Assembly (NCBI GenBank): GCA_029858545.1 | Contig: JAOUFA010000002.1 | Location: 1 to 37,749, forward strand | DNA from: Betaproteobacteria bacterium | Lineage (GTDB): Bacteria; Pseudomonadota; Gammaproteobacteria; Burkholderiales; SG8-39 | Length of the DNA: 37,749 nucleotides | Direction: 5' to 3' | Shown here: positions 26,311 through 35,164 of the stretch, one piece after another | How the letters are laid out: every line of letters starts with the position of its first letter | Position numbering within the stretch: the first letter of the stretch is position 1 | Notes under the pieces: generated by a model | The model's database searches: none | Seen by the model: only the letters and a program-made list of their open reading frames with translations | What the model was told of the DNA's origin: nothing | Made by a program: the position numbers and the translations under genes

Positions 26311-27165
26311 TTGAAAGTCCCGCAAAGAATCGAACCCCTCGTCGAGGCAGGCCTCGTCGACTCGGTCGTCCGTCAGATGATGAGCGGCAAGGAGGCGACG
26401 ATCTACCTCGTGCGCTGCGGCGAAGAGCTGCGCTGCGCGAAGGTCTACAAGACGGCCGATCAGCGCAGCTTCCGCCAGAGCGTCGATTACACCGAGGGCC
26501 GCAAGGTGCGGAACACGCGCCGCGCGCGCGCGATGGAAAAGGGCAGCCGCTACGGGCGCAAGGAAAAGGAAGAAGCCTGGCAAAGCGCCGAGGTCGCCGC
26601 GCTCGTCCGGCTCGCCGCTGCCGGCGTACGCGTGCCGCGGCCGTACAACTTCATCGACGGCGTGCTGCTGATGGAACTCGTCGCAGACGACGAAGGCAAC
26701 GGCGCCCCGCGCCTCAACGACGTGGTGTTCACCCCCGAACAGGCGCGCGCCGTGCACGCCACCCTGATCGGCGAAGTCGTGCGCATGCTCTGCGCCGGCA
26801 TCGTGCACGGCGACCTGTCGGAATACAACGTGCTCTACGGCAGCAACGGCCCCGTCATCATCGACCTGCCCCAGGCGGTCGACGCCGCCGGCAACGCCCA
26901 CGCCGGCAAGATGCTCGAGCGCGACGTCGCCAACCTCACCGCCTACTGCGGCCGCTTCGCGCCCGAACTCCTCGACACCGAATACGGCAAGGAGATCTGG
27001 TCACTCTACAAGAGCGGCACGCTACGCGTGGAGACCGAGCTGACCGGGCGCTTCGAGCGCGAGGCGAAACCGGTCGATGTGAAAGGCGTGCTGCGCGTCG
27101 TGGACGACGCGCTCAAGGAGGAGGCGGCGCGGCAGCGGCACCGGATGGAGATGGGGAGGAAGTAG
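26311..27165 (+). CDS. RIO1-like atypical protein kinase (PA4780-type family)
   Basis: ORF 26230..27165. The family N-terminus (M)KVPQRIEPLVEAGLVD fits a TTG start at 26311. MSGKEATIYLVRCG, LMELV, HGDLSEYNVL and IIDLPQAVD are RIO kinase motifs. Confidence 0.85.
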   Translation: MKVPQRIEPLVEAGLVDSVVRQMMSGKEATIYLVRCGEELRCAKVYKTADQRSFRQSVDYTEGRKVRNTRRARAMEKGSRYGRKEKEEAWQSAEVAALVRLAAAGVRVPRPYNFIDGVLLMELVADDEGNGAPRLNDVVFTPEQARAVHATLIGEVVRMLCAGIVHGDLSEYNVLYGSNGPVIIDLPQAVDAAGNAHAGKMLERDVANLTAYCGRFAPELLDTEYGKEIWSLYKSGTLRVETELTGRFEREAKPVDVKGVLRVVDDALKEEAARQRHRMEMGRK

Positions 27166-27455
27166 TCGAGGACAGGTCAATTCGGGAACGCCGGGCAAGT
27201 CCGACTGACCGAGGAGATCATTCAACCGCGGCGCACGCGCGCGCGATAGCCTTCGCCCCTGGAGCGGCCGCGTGACGCCCGCACGGCACATCTCCCCTAT
27301 CCATCGCAAGGAGGAACTGCCGCTCGCCGAAATGCGCGACCTGCTCAAGGAGAGAAACCGGGTCTAGCCTCCATCCTTTTCGGCAATGGGACGCTTTGAC
27401 GCCTCGTATCCTCGGCGGATCATTGCACTCCAAATAATGCGAGAGAAAGTACCTC

Positions 27456-27758
27456 ATGGAAACGATAGGTGCCAACGAACGCAATACCCAAGGCGTCTCG
27501 GCCCTCGAGGCCGCGCTCGAGAATCGCGACCACGTGGCGATCACGGTGCGCGGCAAGAGCCGTTTCGTGGTGATGGACATCGAAGAGTGTCAGCACCTGC
27601 GCGAGGAGGAACTTCTCGCGGCCTGGCACCAGGCACGGGCTGACGCGGCATCGGGCCGCAGCCGACCGGTGAGCGCGACGCAGCACTTCGCCGAAGCCGA
27701 GCGCCTCGTCGCGAATCACGCGCCGGCGCCAAGTCGCGGCGCAGCTTGGAAGTCCTGA
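27456..27758 (+). CDS. Phd/YefM-family antitoxin
   Basis: VAITVRGKSRFVVMDIEECQHLRE is the typical Phd/YefM N-domain. 100 aa. Confidence 0.75.
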   Translation: METIGANERNTQGVSALEAALENRDHVAITVRGKSRFVVMDIEECQHLREEELLAAWHQARADAASGRSRPVSATQHFAEAERLVANHAPAPSRGAAWKS

Positions 27759-27840
27759 GTTGCGCCCATATCGTGGCGAGATGGACCTGGCAGAAATCCT
27801 TCTGGTCAGCGTGGGCAACCACGACGAGGTGGTTCGCTAA
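27751..27840 (+). pseudogene. C-terminal remnant of a RelE-type toxin
   Basis: The frame ending at TAA 27838-27840 reads ...LRPYRGEMDLAEILLVSVGNHDEVVR, resembling the RelE C-terminus (YR....D....V..VSVG.R.EVY). About 55-60 N-terminal residues are missing. Confidence 0.35.
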
Positions 27841-27909
27841 GGGTCTACCACTGGGACGCGAAACGCCGGCCCAACACCCGGTGCCGAAGGATAGAATCAC
27901 GCCCCACCC

Positions 27910-28470
27910 ATGGGCATCAGAATCGAAAACAGCTTCACCCTGCCCGCCCCGCTCGACGAGGCCTGGCGCACGCTCGTCGACCTGCAGCGCGTCGTGCCCT
28001 GCATGCCGGGCGCGGAACTCACCGAAGTCACCGAGGGTCGGCGCTTTCGCGCCAAGGCGCGGCTGCGCGTCGGCCCGGTCGAGCTGCAGTTCGCGGGCGA
28101 AGGCGAGTTGTACGACGTCGATGACGCCGCGCAGCGCGCGAAGCTGCGCGCGAAGGGAAGCGACAGCAAGGGGCGCGGCGCGTTCCAGACGCAGATGACG
28201 CTCGCGCTTGCCGCGCAGGGCACGGACACCCTGGTGCGGGTCGACACCGACCTGACCCTCACCGGCTCGGTCGCCCAGTACGGGCGTGGCGCGGGCATGG
28301 TCAAGGAGCTCGCGCGCGAGATGACCGCGCAGTTCGCGCGCAATCTGGCGCAGCTCTTCGCGCAACCGAGCGCGGCGGCGAAACCGGCGCTGCCGATCTC
28401 GGGCCTCGCGCTCCTCTTCGCGACCTTCGGATCGATGCTGCGCCGCTGGCTCGGCCTGAAGGCGCGATGA
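27910..28470 (+). CDS. coxG: CoxG-like SRPBCC protein
   Basis: IENSFTLPAPLDEAWRTLVDLQRVVPCMPGAEL is the typical CoxG N-terminus. ATGA coupling to the next gene. Confidence 0.85.
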   Translation: MGIRIENSFTLPAPLDEAWRTLVDLQRVVPCMPGAELTEVTEGRRFRAKARLRVGPVELQFAGEGELYDVDDAAQRAKLRAKGSDSKGRGAFQTQMTLALAAQGTDTLVRVDTDLTLTGSVAQYGRGAGMVKELAREMTAQFARNLAQLFAQPSAAAKPALPISGLALLFATFGSMLRRWLGLKAR

Positions 28471-29351
28471 AGCCGGCCGCGTTCACCTACCACGACCCGC
28501 GCTCGGTGAAGGAGGCGGTCGATCTGCTCGCGCGCCACGACAACGCGAAGCTGCTCGCCGGCGGCCAGTCGCTCGGGCCGATGCTCAATTTCCGTTTCGT
28601 GATGCCCGATCACCTGATCGACCTCAACCGCATCGACGAGCTCGCCTATATCCGCGCAAGCGGCGACACGCTGGAAGTCGGCGCGATGACGCGCCAGCGC
28701 GCGCTCGAGCGCTCCGATGACGTGAAGCGCGCCTGCCCGGCGATGATCGAGGCGTTGCACCACGTCGGCCACATGGCGACGCGCAACCGCGGCACGCTCG
28801 GCGGCAGCCTCGCGCATCTCGACCCCTCGGCCGAGTTGCCCGGCATCTGTGCGCTCTACGACGCGACGCTCAGCGCGAGCGGGCCAGCCGGCGCGAGGAA
28901 GATCGCGATCGCCGACTGGGGCGTCTCGTTCATGACCTCGGTGCTCGCGGCGAATGAAATTCTCACCGGCATCGCGCTGAAGACCTGGCGCGAGCCGCAT
29001 GGCCATGCCTTCGTCGAACTCGCGCGCCGGCACGGCGATTTCGCGGTCGCCGGGGTCGGCTGCCTCCTCGCGCTCGATGCGAAGGGCCAGGCGCGCCGCG
29101 TCGCCCTTTCCGTGATTGGTCTCGCGCACGCGCCGATCCGTCTCGCCGCGGCGGAAAAGCTGCTCCTGGGTCAGGCGATCGACGAACGCGCGATCGCCGC
29201 GGCCGCCGCCGAAGCGGCGCAGATCGACGCCATCGCCGACGCACACGTCAGCGCCGCCTACCGCCAGCGCATCGCCGGCGTGCTGATCGGCCGCGCGCTA
29301 CGCACGGCCGCGGCGCGCGCAGGGACCGCCACACAGGGAAACCCGCGATGA
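28467..29351 (+). CDS. Molybdenum hydroxylase FAD-binding (medium) subunit
   Basis: F.YHDPRSVKEAVDLL...AKLLAGGQSLGPMLNFR and NRGTLGGSLAH motifs of the CoxM/XdhB-type subunit. Confidence 0.9.
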   Translation: MKPAAFTYHDPRSVKEAVDLLARHDNAKLLAGGQSLGPMLNFRFVMPDHLIDLNRIDELAYIRASGDTLEVGAMTRQRALERSDDVKRACPAMIEALHHVGHMATRNRGTLGGSLAHLDPSAELPGICALYDATLSASGPAGARKIAIADWGVSFMTSVLAANEILTGIALKTWREPHGHAFVELARRHGDFAVAGVGCLLALDAKGQARRVALSVIGLAHAPIRLAAAEKLLLGQAIDERAIAAAAAEAAQIDAIADAHVSAAYRQRIAGVLIGRALRTAAARAGTATQGNPR

Positions 29352-29836
29352 CCGACCGCCGCAGAATCGAAGTTACCGTGAACGGCGTGCGCCACACGCG
29401 CGAGGTCGAGACGCGCATCACGCTCGCCGATTTCCTGCGCCGCGAACTGGGCCTCACCGGCACGCACCTCGGTTGCGAGCACGGCGTGTGCGGCGCCTGC
29501 ACGGTGCAGATGGACGGCGAGGCGCTGCGCTCGTGCATCCTCTTTGCAGTGCAGGCCGACGGCCGGTCGATCACCACGGTCGAAGGCCTCGCGCGCGCGG
29601 ACGGCACGCTGCATCCGCTGCAGCAGTCCTTTCGCGAACACCACGGCCTGCAATGCGGCTTCTGCACCCCGGGGATGCTGATGACGCTCGATGCGCTCCT
29701 CACCGAAAAGCCCGACGCGGACGAGCGCGCGGTGCGCGAGGCGATCTCGGGCAACATCTGCCGCTGCACCGGCTACCAGGGCATCGTCGCCGCGGCGCTC
29801 GACGCAGCCAAAAAATTGCGCACAGGGAGCGCCTAG
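29348..29836 (+). CDS. Molybdenum hydroxylase (2Fe-2S) small subunit
   Basis: GCEHGVCGACTV and QCGFCTPGM ... CRCTGY cluster motifs. Confidence 0.93.
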   Translation: MTDRRRIEVTVNGVRHTREVETRITLADFLRRELGLTGTHLGCEHGVCGACTVQMDGEALRSCILFAVQADGRSITTVEGLARADGTLHPLQQSFREHHGLQCGFCTPGMLMTLDALLTEKPDADERAVREAISGNICRCTGYQGIVAAALDAAKKLRTGSA

Positions 29837-29838
29837 CG

Positions 29839-32178
29839 ATGGGTGTGAAGAACGTCGGCGCGGTGGTGCAAAGGCTCGAGGACCCGCGCCTCTTGACCGG
29901 GCGCGGGCGATATACCGACGACATGCTGCTGCCCGGCATGCTCGAGATGGCCTTCGTGCGCGCATCCGAAGCCCATGCGCTCATCCGCTCGATCGATGTC
30001 GCGGCGGCGCGCGCGGCGCCGGGCGTGCTCGCGGTGTGGACCCTCGCCGATCTCGGCGCGGCGGCGCAAAAACCGATGGTGCAGAGCTACCCGCACCCGG
30101 CGATCCGGCAAAACCGCACCCAGTATCCGCTCGCAAAGGACGAGGTCTGCTACGTCGGCGAGGCGCTCGCGGTGGTGGTGGCCGAGAACCGTTATCTCGC
30201 GGAAGACGCGGCGCAGCTCGTCGCGGTCGACTACGAGACGCTGCCCGCGGTGATCGACGCGCGCGATGCGGCAAGGACCGGCGCCGCGACCGCGCACCGC
30301 GGCGCGAGCGACAACCTCGCCGCGACCCTCGCCTGGAAGTTCGGCGACGCGGCGGCGGCACTCGCGCGCGCGCCGCACGTGTTCCGCGAGAGCTACTTCC
30401 AGCATCGCGGCGCGCCGCACTCGATGGAGGGGCGCGCGGTGATCGCGCAGCACGACGCGGCGCTCGACCAGCTGACGCTGTGGAGCGCGAGCCAGTCGCC
30501 CTTCCTGGTGCGGCGTTTCCTCGCCCAGTACCTGAATCGCGAGGAGTCGGCGATCCGCGTCATCGCGCCCGATGTCGGCGGCGGCTTCGGACCGAAGGCG
30601 GGCCACTATCCCGAGGAACTCGTCGCCGCGCTCGCCGCGATCAAGCTCGGCCGCCCGGTGAAATGGATCGAGGACCGGCGCGAGCACTTCCTCTCCACCA
30701 CCCAGCAGCGCGACCAGTGGTGGGAGGTGGAAGTGGCCTGCGAGGCCGACGGGCGCCTCCTCGCGCTGCGCGCGCACTGCGTGCACGACAACGGTGCCTA
30801 CCTGCCCTATGGGCTCCTGTTGCCGCTCACCAGCCTCGGGCCCTTTCCCGGCGCCTATGCGATCCCATCGGTCGAAGTGACGCTCGCTTGTCTGTTTACC
30901 AACGCGGTGCCGACCACGCCGATCCGCGGCGCGGGCCGGCCGAACGCCGCGTTCGTGCTCGAGCGCAGCCTCGACACGGTGGCGCGCAATCTCGGACTCG
31001 ATCGCGCGCAAGTGCGGCGCAGCAATTTCGTGCGGAAGGACCAGTTCCCCTACGCCACCGGCGCGCGCCTGCCCAACGGCGTCGCGGTGCAATACGACTC
31101 GGGCGACTACGCGGCCTGCCTCGAGATGGCGCTGAAGGCCTCGGGCTACGCAGCCTTCGAAGCGAAGCGCGCCGCGGCGGCCAAGGACGGCCGCACGATC
31201 GGCCTGGGGCTCGCCAGCTACAACGAGGACACCGGCCTGCCGCCTTACGAAGGGGCAACGGTGAGGGTGCTGCCGAGCGGCCGAATCTGTGTCGAGCTCG
31301 GTTCCTGCGCGCAAGGGCAGGGGCTCGAAACCATCGCCGCGCAAATCGCCGCCGATCAGTTCGACGTCGACCCGCAGGAGGTGATCGTCAAGACCGGCGA
31401 CACCGCGCTCGCCGCGCTCGCGCTCTCGACCGTCGGCAGCCGCGTCGCCTCGACCGCGGGCCCGAGCGTGCACCTCGCGGCGATGGAGGTGCGCGCGAAG
31501 GCCGTGCGGCTGGCGGCGCTGCAGCTTGAAGCGGCCGAGACGGATCTGGAAATCACTCGCGGCGCGGTGCACATCGCCGGCGTGCCGGATCGAAAGGTGA
31601 TGCTCGCCGATCTCGCCAAGCGCCTCGTCGCGGGGGTCAACGTGCCGCTGCCGCAGGGCTTTGCCCCCGGGCTGGAGGCGACCGCGTATCACACGCCCGA
31701 GCGCGCGGTGTACGCGAACGGCAGCAACGCCGCCGAAGTCCAGGTCGATCTCGACACCGGCGCCGTGACCCTGCTCGATTACTGGGTCGCGCACGACTGC
31801 GGCAATCTGATCAACCCGATGCTGGTCGAGGGTCAGATCATCGGCGGGGTGGTGCACGGCATCGGCAATGCACTGTTCGAGCACATGAAGTACGACCGCG
31901 AGAGCGGCCAGCCGCTCACCACCAACCTGGGAGAATACCTGCTGCCGCTCGCGACCGAGATGCCGCGCATCCACCTCGAACACATGCAAACGCCCTCGCC
32001 CTTGAACGCCCTCGGCGTGAAGGGTGCGGGAGAAGGCGGCACGATCCCGGGCATCGCCTGCATCGTCTCGGCGATCGAGGATGCGCTGAAACCCCTCGGC
32101 GTGAAGGTCAATGAATATCCGCTGTCGCCCGAGCGCCTGCTCGAACTGATCGATGCCCAAAGGGAGGGGAAACCATGA
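29839..32178 (+). CDS. Molybdopterin-binding large subunit of a xanthine-dehydrogenase-family hydroxylase (not form-I CO dehydrogenase)
   Basis: Track ORF 29473..32178. The true start is ATG 29839 (MGVKNVGAVVQRLEDPRLLTGRGRYTDD). GGGFGPK motif present. The active-site loop is PIRGAGR (30919-30939), not VAYRCSFR. Confidence 0.9.
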   Translation: MGVKNVGAVVQRLEDPRLLTGRGRYTDDMLLPGMLEMAFVRASEAHALIRSIDVAAARAAPGVLAVWTLADLGAAAQKPMVQSYPHPAIRQNRTQYPLAKDEVCYVGEALAVVVAENRYLAEDAAQLVAVDYETLPAVIDARDAARTGAATAHRGASDNLAATLAWKFGDAAAALARAPHVFRESYFQHRGAPHSMEGRAVIAQHDAALDQLTLWSASQSPFLVRRFLAQYLNREESAIRVIAPDVGGGFGPKAGHYPEELVAALAAIKLGRPVKWIEDRREHFLSTTQQRDQWWEVEVACEADGRLLALRAHCVHDNGAYLPYGLLLPLTSLGPFPGAYAIPSVEVTLACLFTNAVPTTPIRGAGRPNAAFVLERSLDTVARNLGLDRAQVRRSNFVRKDQFPYATGARLPNGVAVQYDSGDYAACLEMALKASGYAAFEAKRAAAAKDGRTIGLGLASYNEDTGLPPYEGATVRVLPSGRICVELGSCAQGQGLETIAAQIAADQFDVDPQEVIVKTGDTALAALALSTVGSRVASTAGPSVHLAAMEVRAKAVRLAALQLEAAETDLEITRGAVHIAGVPDRKVMLADLAKRLVAGVNVPLPQGFAPGLEATAYHTPERAVYANGSNAAEVQVDLDTGAVTLLDYWVAHDCGNLINPMLVEGQIIGGVVHGIGNALFEHMKYDRESGQPLTTNLGEYLLPLATEMPRIHLEHMQTPSPLNALGVKGAGEGGTIPGIACIVSAIEDALKPLGVKVNEYPLSPERLLELIDAQREGKP

Positions 32179-32840
32179 AACTGTACGGCTACTGGCGCTC
32201 GCTCGCGACCTTCCGCGTGCGTATCGCGTTGAATCTCAAAGGCATCGCCCACGAAGAAGCGATCGTCGATCTGCAAAAGGGCGAGCAGCTCCAGGCGGCC
32301 TACCGGAGCGTGAATCCGCAAGGCGTGCTGCCCAGTCTCTTCGACGACGACGGCGCCGCGGATGGCGCGCCGCTGTTCCAGTCGCTCGCGATCCTCGAAT
32401 ACCTCGACGAGACCCATCCGCAGCCGCCGCTCTTGCCCAAGGCTGCGCGCGACCGTTCGCGCGTGCGCGCGCTCGCGCTGATCGCCGCGGCCGATACCCA
32501 TCCGCTGGTGGTGCCGCGCATCCGCAATTACCTGGAGCAGGAACTCGGCGTCGCCGAACCGGCGCGCATGGCCTGGTGCCGGCACTGGATCGCGCAGGGC
32601 TGCGCGGCGCTCGAGGCGAACCTCGCCGCCGACCCGCGCACCGGGCGGTTCTGCCACGGCGACAGCGTCACGCTCGCCGACGTCTGCCTCGCGGGCCACA
32701 TGGTCGGGGCGAAGCTCTTCGACGTGAATACCTCGGCGTATCCGACCTGCGAGCGCATCCGCGATGCCTGTCTCGCGCTCGATGCCTTCGCGAAGGCCCA
32801 TCCGCTCGCGCAGCCCGGCGCGCCGCGGCCCGCGGGCTGA
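32175..32840 (+). CDS. maiA: Maleylacetoacetate/maleylpyruvate isomerase (zeta-class GST)
   Basis: MKLYGYWRSLATFRVRIALNLKGI...QSLAILEYLDE is the zeta-GST pattern. ATGA overlap with the large subunit stop. Confidence 0.85.
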   Translation: MKLYGYWRSLATFRVRIALNLKGIAHEEAIVDLQKGEQLQAAYRSVNPQGVLPSLFDDDGAADGAPLFQSLAILEYLDETHPQPPLLPKAARDRSRVRALALIAAADTHPLVVPRIRNYLEQELGVAEPARMAWCRHWIAQGCAALEANLAADPRTGRFCHGDSVTLADVCLAGHMVGAKLFDVNTSAYPTCERIRDACLALDAFAKAHPLAQPGAPRPAG

Positions 32841-32864
32841 GCGCGGGCGCGCGGTGCGCCTGCG

Positions 32865-33641
32865 CTAGTCCAGAAACCCCCGCAACGCCGCGACGAACTC
32901 CGCGGGCTTCTCGATCTGTGGGCAATGGCCGCTGCCCGCAATCTCGCAAAACTGCGCGCCGGGGATCGCCGCCGCGAGTTCCCGCACCAGCGGCGCGGGC
33001 GTGGTCTGATCGAGTTCGCCGGTCATCACCAGCGTGCGATTGCGGATGCTCTTGAGTTGCTGGCCGAAGTCGAGTTGCGCGAGCGCGAGGCAGGCCTGCG
33101 CGAAGCAGGACGGATCGGCCTTGCCGAGCGCGCGCTTGCGCTCGGCGACGATGTCCGGCTGCGCGGCGATGAAGGGTTCGGGAAACATGCGGCGGATCGC
33201 GGTATCGAGGATCGCCTGCATGCCCGACTCCCGGACCTTCGCCGCCATGATGCGAAACGGCTCGCGCGCGGGGGCGGGAAAGGTGACGAGCGAATCGGCG
33301 ATGACGAGGCGGCCGAACCGGTCGCCGTGCCGGATCGCCGCCGCAAGCGCGACAAATCCTCCGAAACCATTGCCGAACAGGGTCGCATCGGGGGCGAGCT
33401 TGAGCGCGGGGAAGATCGCGGCGATGCGATCACCGTAATCCTCGATCGTCGCGCCTGCCGCAGTCGACGCGCCGAAGCCCGGAAGATTGACGAGGGTCAG
33501 GCGGTAGTGCTTTGCGAGTTCGGGGACGACGCGGCCGAAGGCGCCCGAGTCGGTGAGCAGCGAATGCAGGAGCACCAGGTCGGGGCCGCCGCCGGTCTGC
33601 TCGACTTCGACGGTTGCGTCGCCTATCTTGACTATGGTCAT
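32865..33641 (-). CDS. Alpha/beta-fold protein (enol-lactonase/MhpC-like) with Gly in place of the nucleophile Ser
   Basis: C-terminal 258 aa of track ORF 32865..34883, with ATG at 33641. LVLLHS, an elbow reading GNGFGG instead of GxSxGG, then GELD and GSGHCPQIEKP. Confidence 0.8.
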   Translation of the reverse strand: MTIVKIGDATVEVEQTGGGPDLVLLHSLLTDSGAFGRVVPELAKHYRLTLVNLPGFGASTAAGATIEDYGDRIAAIFPALKLAPDATLFGNGFGGFVALAAAIRHGDRFGRLVIADSLVTFPAPAREPFRIMAAKVRESGMQAILDTAIRRMFPEPFIAAQPDIVAERKRALGKADPSCFAQACLALAQLDFGQQLKSIRNRTLVMTGELDQTTPAPLVRELAAAIPGAQFCEIAGSGHCPQIEKPAEFVAALRGFLD

Positions 33642-33823
33642 GTCGGGGATTCCCGCTCTTGCGTGACGCGCGGCGCGCATCGAGCGGGCGATTGTACGCG
33701 AGCGCGCGCCTCGCTCGAGCCGCAACAGGTCGTCGGGGGCCTTGCGCTCGCGCGGATCGAACCGCGAGGCGGACTCGTACGCGCAGCGCGGCGAGCGCGG
33801 CGTGCCACGCGCCGCGCTGCCGT

Positions 33824-34873
33824 TCAGCGCCGCCCCGCCGCCCCAACCAGACGCCGCGCCGCCTCCACGATCGCCTCGGCATTCGCGAGATTCCTCCCGG
33901 CGATGTCGAGCGCGCTGCCGTGCGCCACCGATGAGAACAGCACCGGCGTGCCGATGGTGAGGGCCGCGCTGCGATGGTTCGCGAGAGTTTTGGCGACGAT
34001 GTGACCCTGGTCGTGCAACATCACCAGATAGGCATCGTAGCCCCTGCGATGGAACATCGTGTCGGCGCCGAACGGCCCTTCCACGGCGATCCCGTCGGCG
34101 CGCGCCGCCTCGATCGCCGGTCCGATGACGCGCTGCTCCTCGTCGCCGAACAGGCCTTGCTCGCCGGCATGGGGGTTGAGACCGGAGACGGCAATCCTCG
34201 GCGCGGCGAGGCCCAATCGCACGAGCGTGGCATGCGTCGCGCGGATCGCCCGGCCGACCCGCTCCCGCGTCACCAGGTCGAGCGCGCGGCGCAGGCTGAC
34301 GTGCAGCGTCGCGTGCACGATGCGCGTCTCGTCGAAGCACAGCATGAGAAAGACGTCTTCGGGTGCCAGGCCGGTGCATCGCGCGACGAACGACGGATGG
34401 CCGTCGAAGTCGATTCCCGCCTGCCTGATCGCGAGTTCGGTCTGCGGCGCGGCGATCACCGCATCGACATGCCCGGCGAGCGCCGCCTCGATCGCCACGC
34501 GCGCCGCCGCCACCGCGGCACGCCCGTGCGCGGCGTCGATCTCGCCGAGCGCGAACGGCTCGCGGCCCGTGAAATCGAGATCGAGCAGGCGAACGCCGTC
34601 GCCCTCCCAGGACAACTCGGCGGCGCGCGCGAAGGCCTCGATGCGCGGCAGCAGAGCGCAGCGCCGCGCATGGGTTTCGAGCACCTCGCGACTGCCGACC
34701 AGTACCGGATCGCACAGCTCGGTCAGGCGACCGTCGAGCGCCGCCTTGAGCGCGATCTCGGGTCCGATGCCCGCCGGATCGCCCAGCGCAATCGCGATGC
34801 GGGGCCGGCGCCTTCCCCCGACGCTCACCGCAGCGGTCCCGGACCGTGCGCACCGCCCGCCTGCCGCCGGCAC
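33824..34873 (-). CDS. PdxA-family NAD-dependent dehydrogenase (4-hydroxythreonine-4-phosphate dehydrogenase-like)
   Basis: PRIAIALGDPAGIGPEI, GLNPHAGE and SVAHGSALDIAG motifs. The start is either GTG 34873 or, fitting the family N-terminus better, GTG 34828. Confidence 0.88.
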   Translation of the reverse strand: MPAAGGRCARSGTAAVSVGGRRRPRIAIALGDPAGIGPEIALKAALDGRLTELCDPVLVGSREVLETHARRCALLPRIEAFARAAELSWEGDGVRLLDLDFTGREPFALGEIDAAHGRAAVAAARVAIEAALAGHVDAVIAAPQTELAIRQAGIDFDGHPSFVARCTGLAPEDVFLMLCFDETRIVHATLHVSLRRALDLVTRERVGRAIRATHATLVRLGLAAPRIAVSGLNPHAGEQGLFGDEEQRVIGPAIEAARADGIAVEGPFGADTMFHRRGYDAYLVMLHDQGHIVAKTLANHRSAALTIGTPVLFSSVAHGSALDIAGRNLANAEAIVEAARRLVGAAGRR

Positions 34874-35164
34874 AACTCGGCAAAGGAGGTCACCGCCCGG
34901 GCAGGCGCCAATTGATCATGCTGGTCCTGGGTCATCCTGCTCGCACTCCCTGCGCGATCGATCCGGATTCGGGCGCGACGCTCCTGCCGTGCCTCGCACT
35001 GCCGACGACACACGATGATAGCTTCGCGAACCGGCCTCCGCGCGGGATTGTTTCGCTGCCATGGCTCCGGCCCGGCTCGACGAACGCGTCGGACGTCCTG
35101 CCGGCATCGGGTCGGCGAGCGTATCGCCACCCCGGACCCCAAGTACACTGCGGGGGGCGCGGCG

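Noticed and set aside
26311-27758. RIO1-like kinase plus downstream Phd antitoxin as a novel kinase-toxin/antitoxin pair, by analogy to Phd-Doc.
   Set aside because: The genes are 290 bp apart and the antitoxin lies downstream. The antitoxin also has its own RelE-type toxin remnant. The RIO1-like kinase belongs, as far as I can tell, to a conserved housekeeping-type family. The adjacency is more simply explained by TA decay.
27910-32178. Annotation as aerobic carbon monoxide dehydrogenase (coxGMSL).
   Set aside because: The large subunit has PIRGAGR rather than the VAYRCSFR Mo-Cu active-site loop, and no coxDEF genes are present. I call it a generic XDH-family hydroxylase of unknown substrate.
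32865-34883. A 672-aa minus-strand ORF appears to span the hydrolase and PdxA regions as one giant gene.
   Set aside because: Only its last 258 aa (from ATG 33641) look like protein. The upstream part is an Arg-rich out-of-frame read-through of the PdxA-family gene, whose true frame is ORF 33824..34873.
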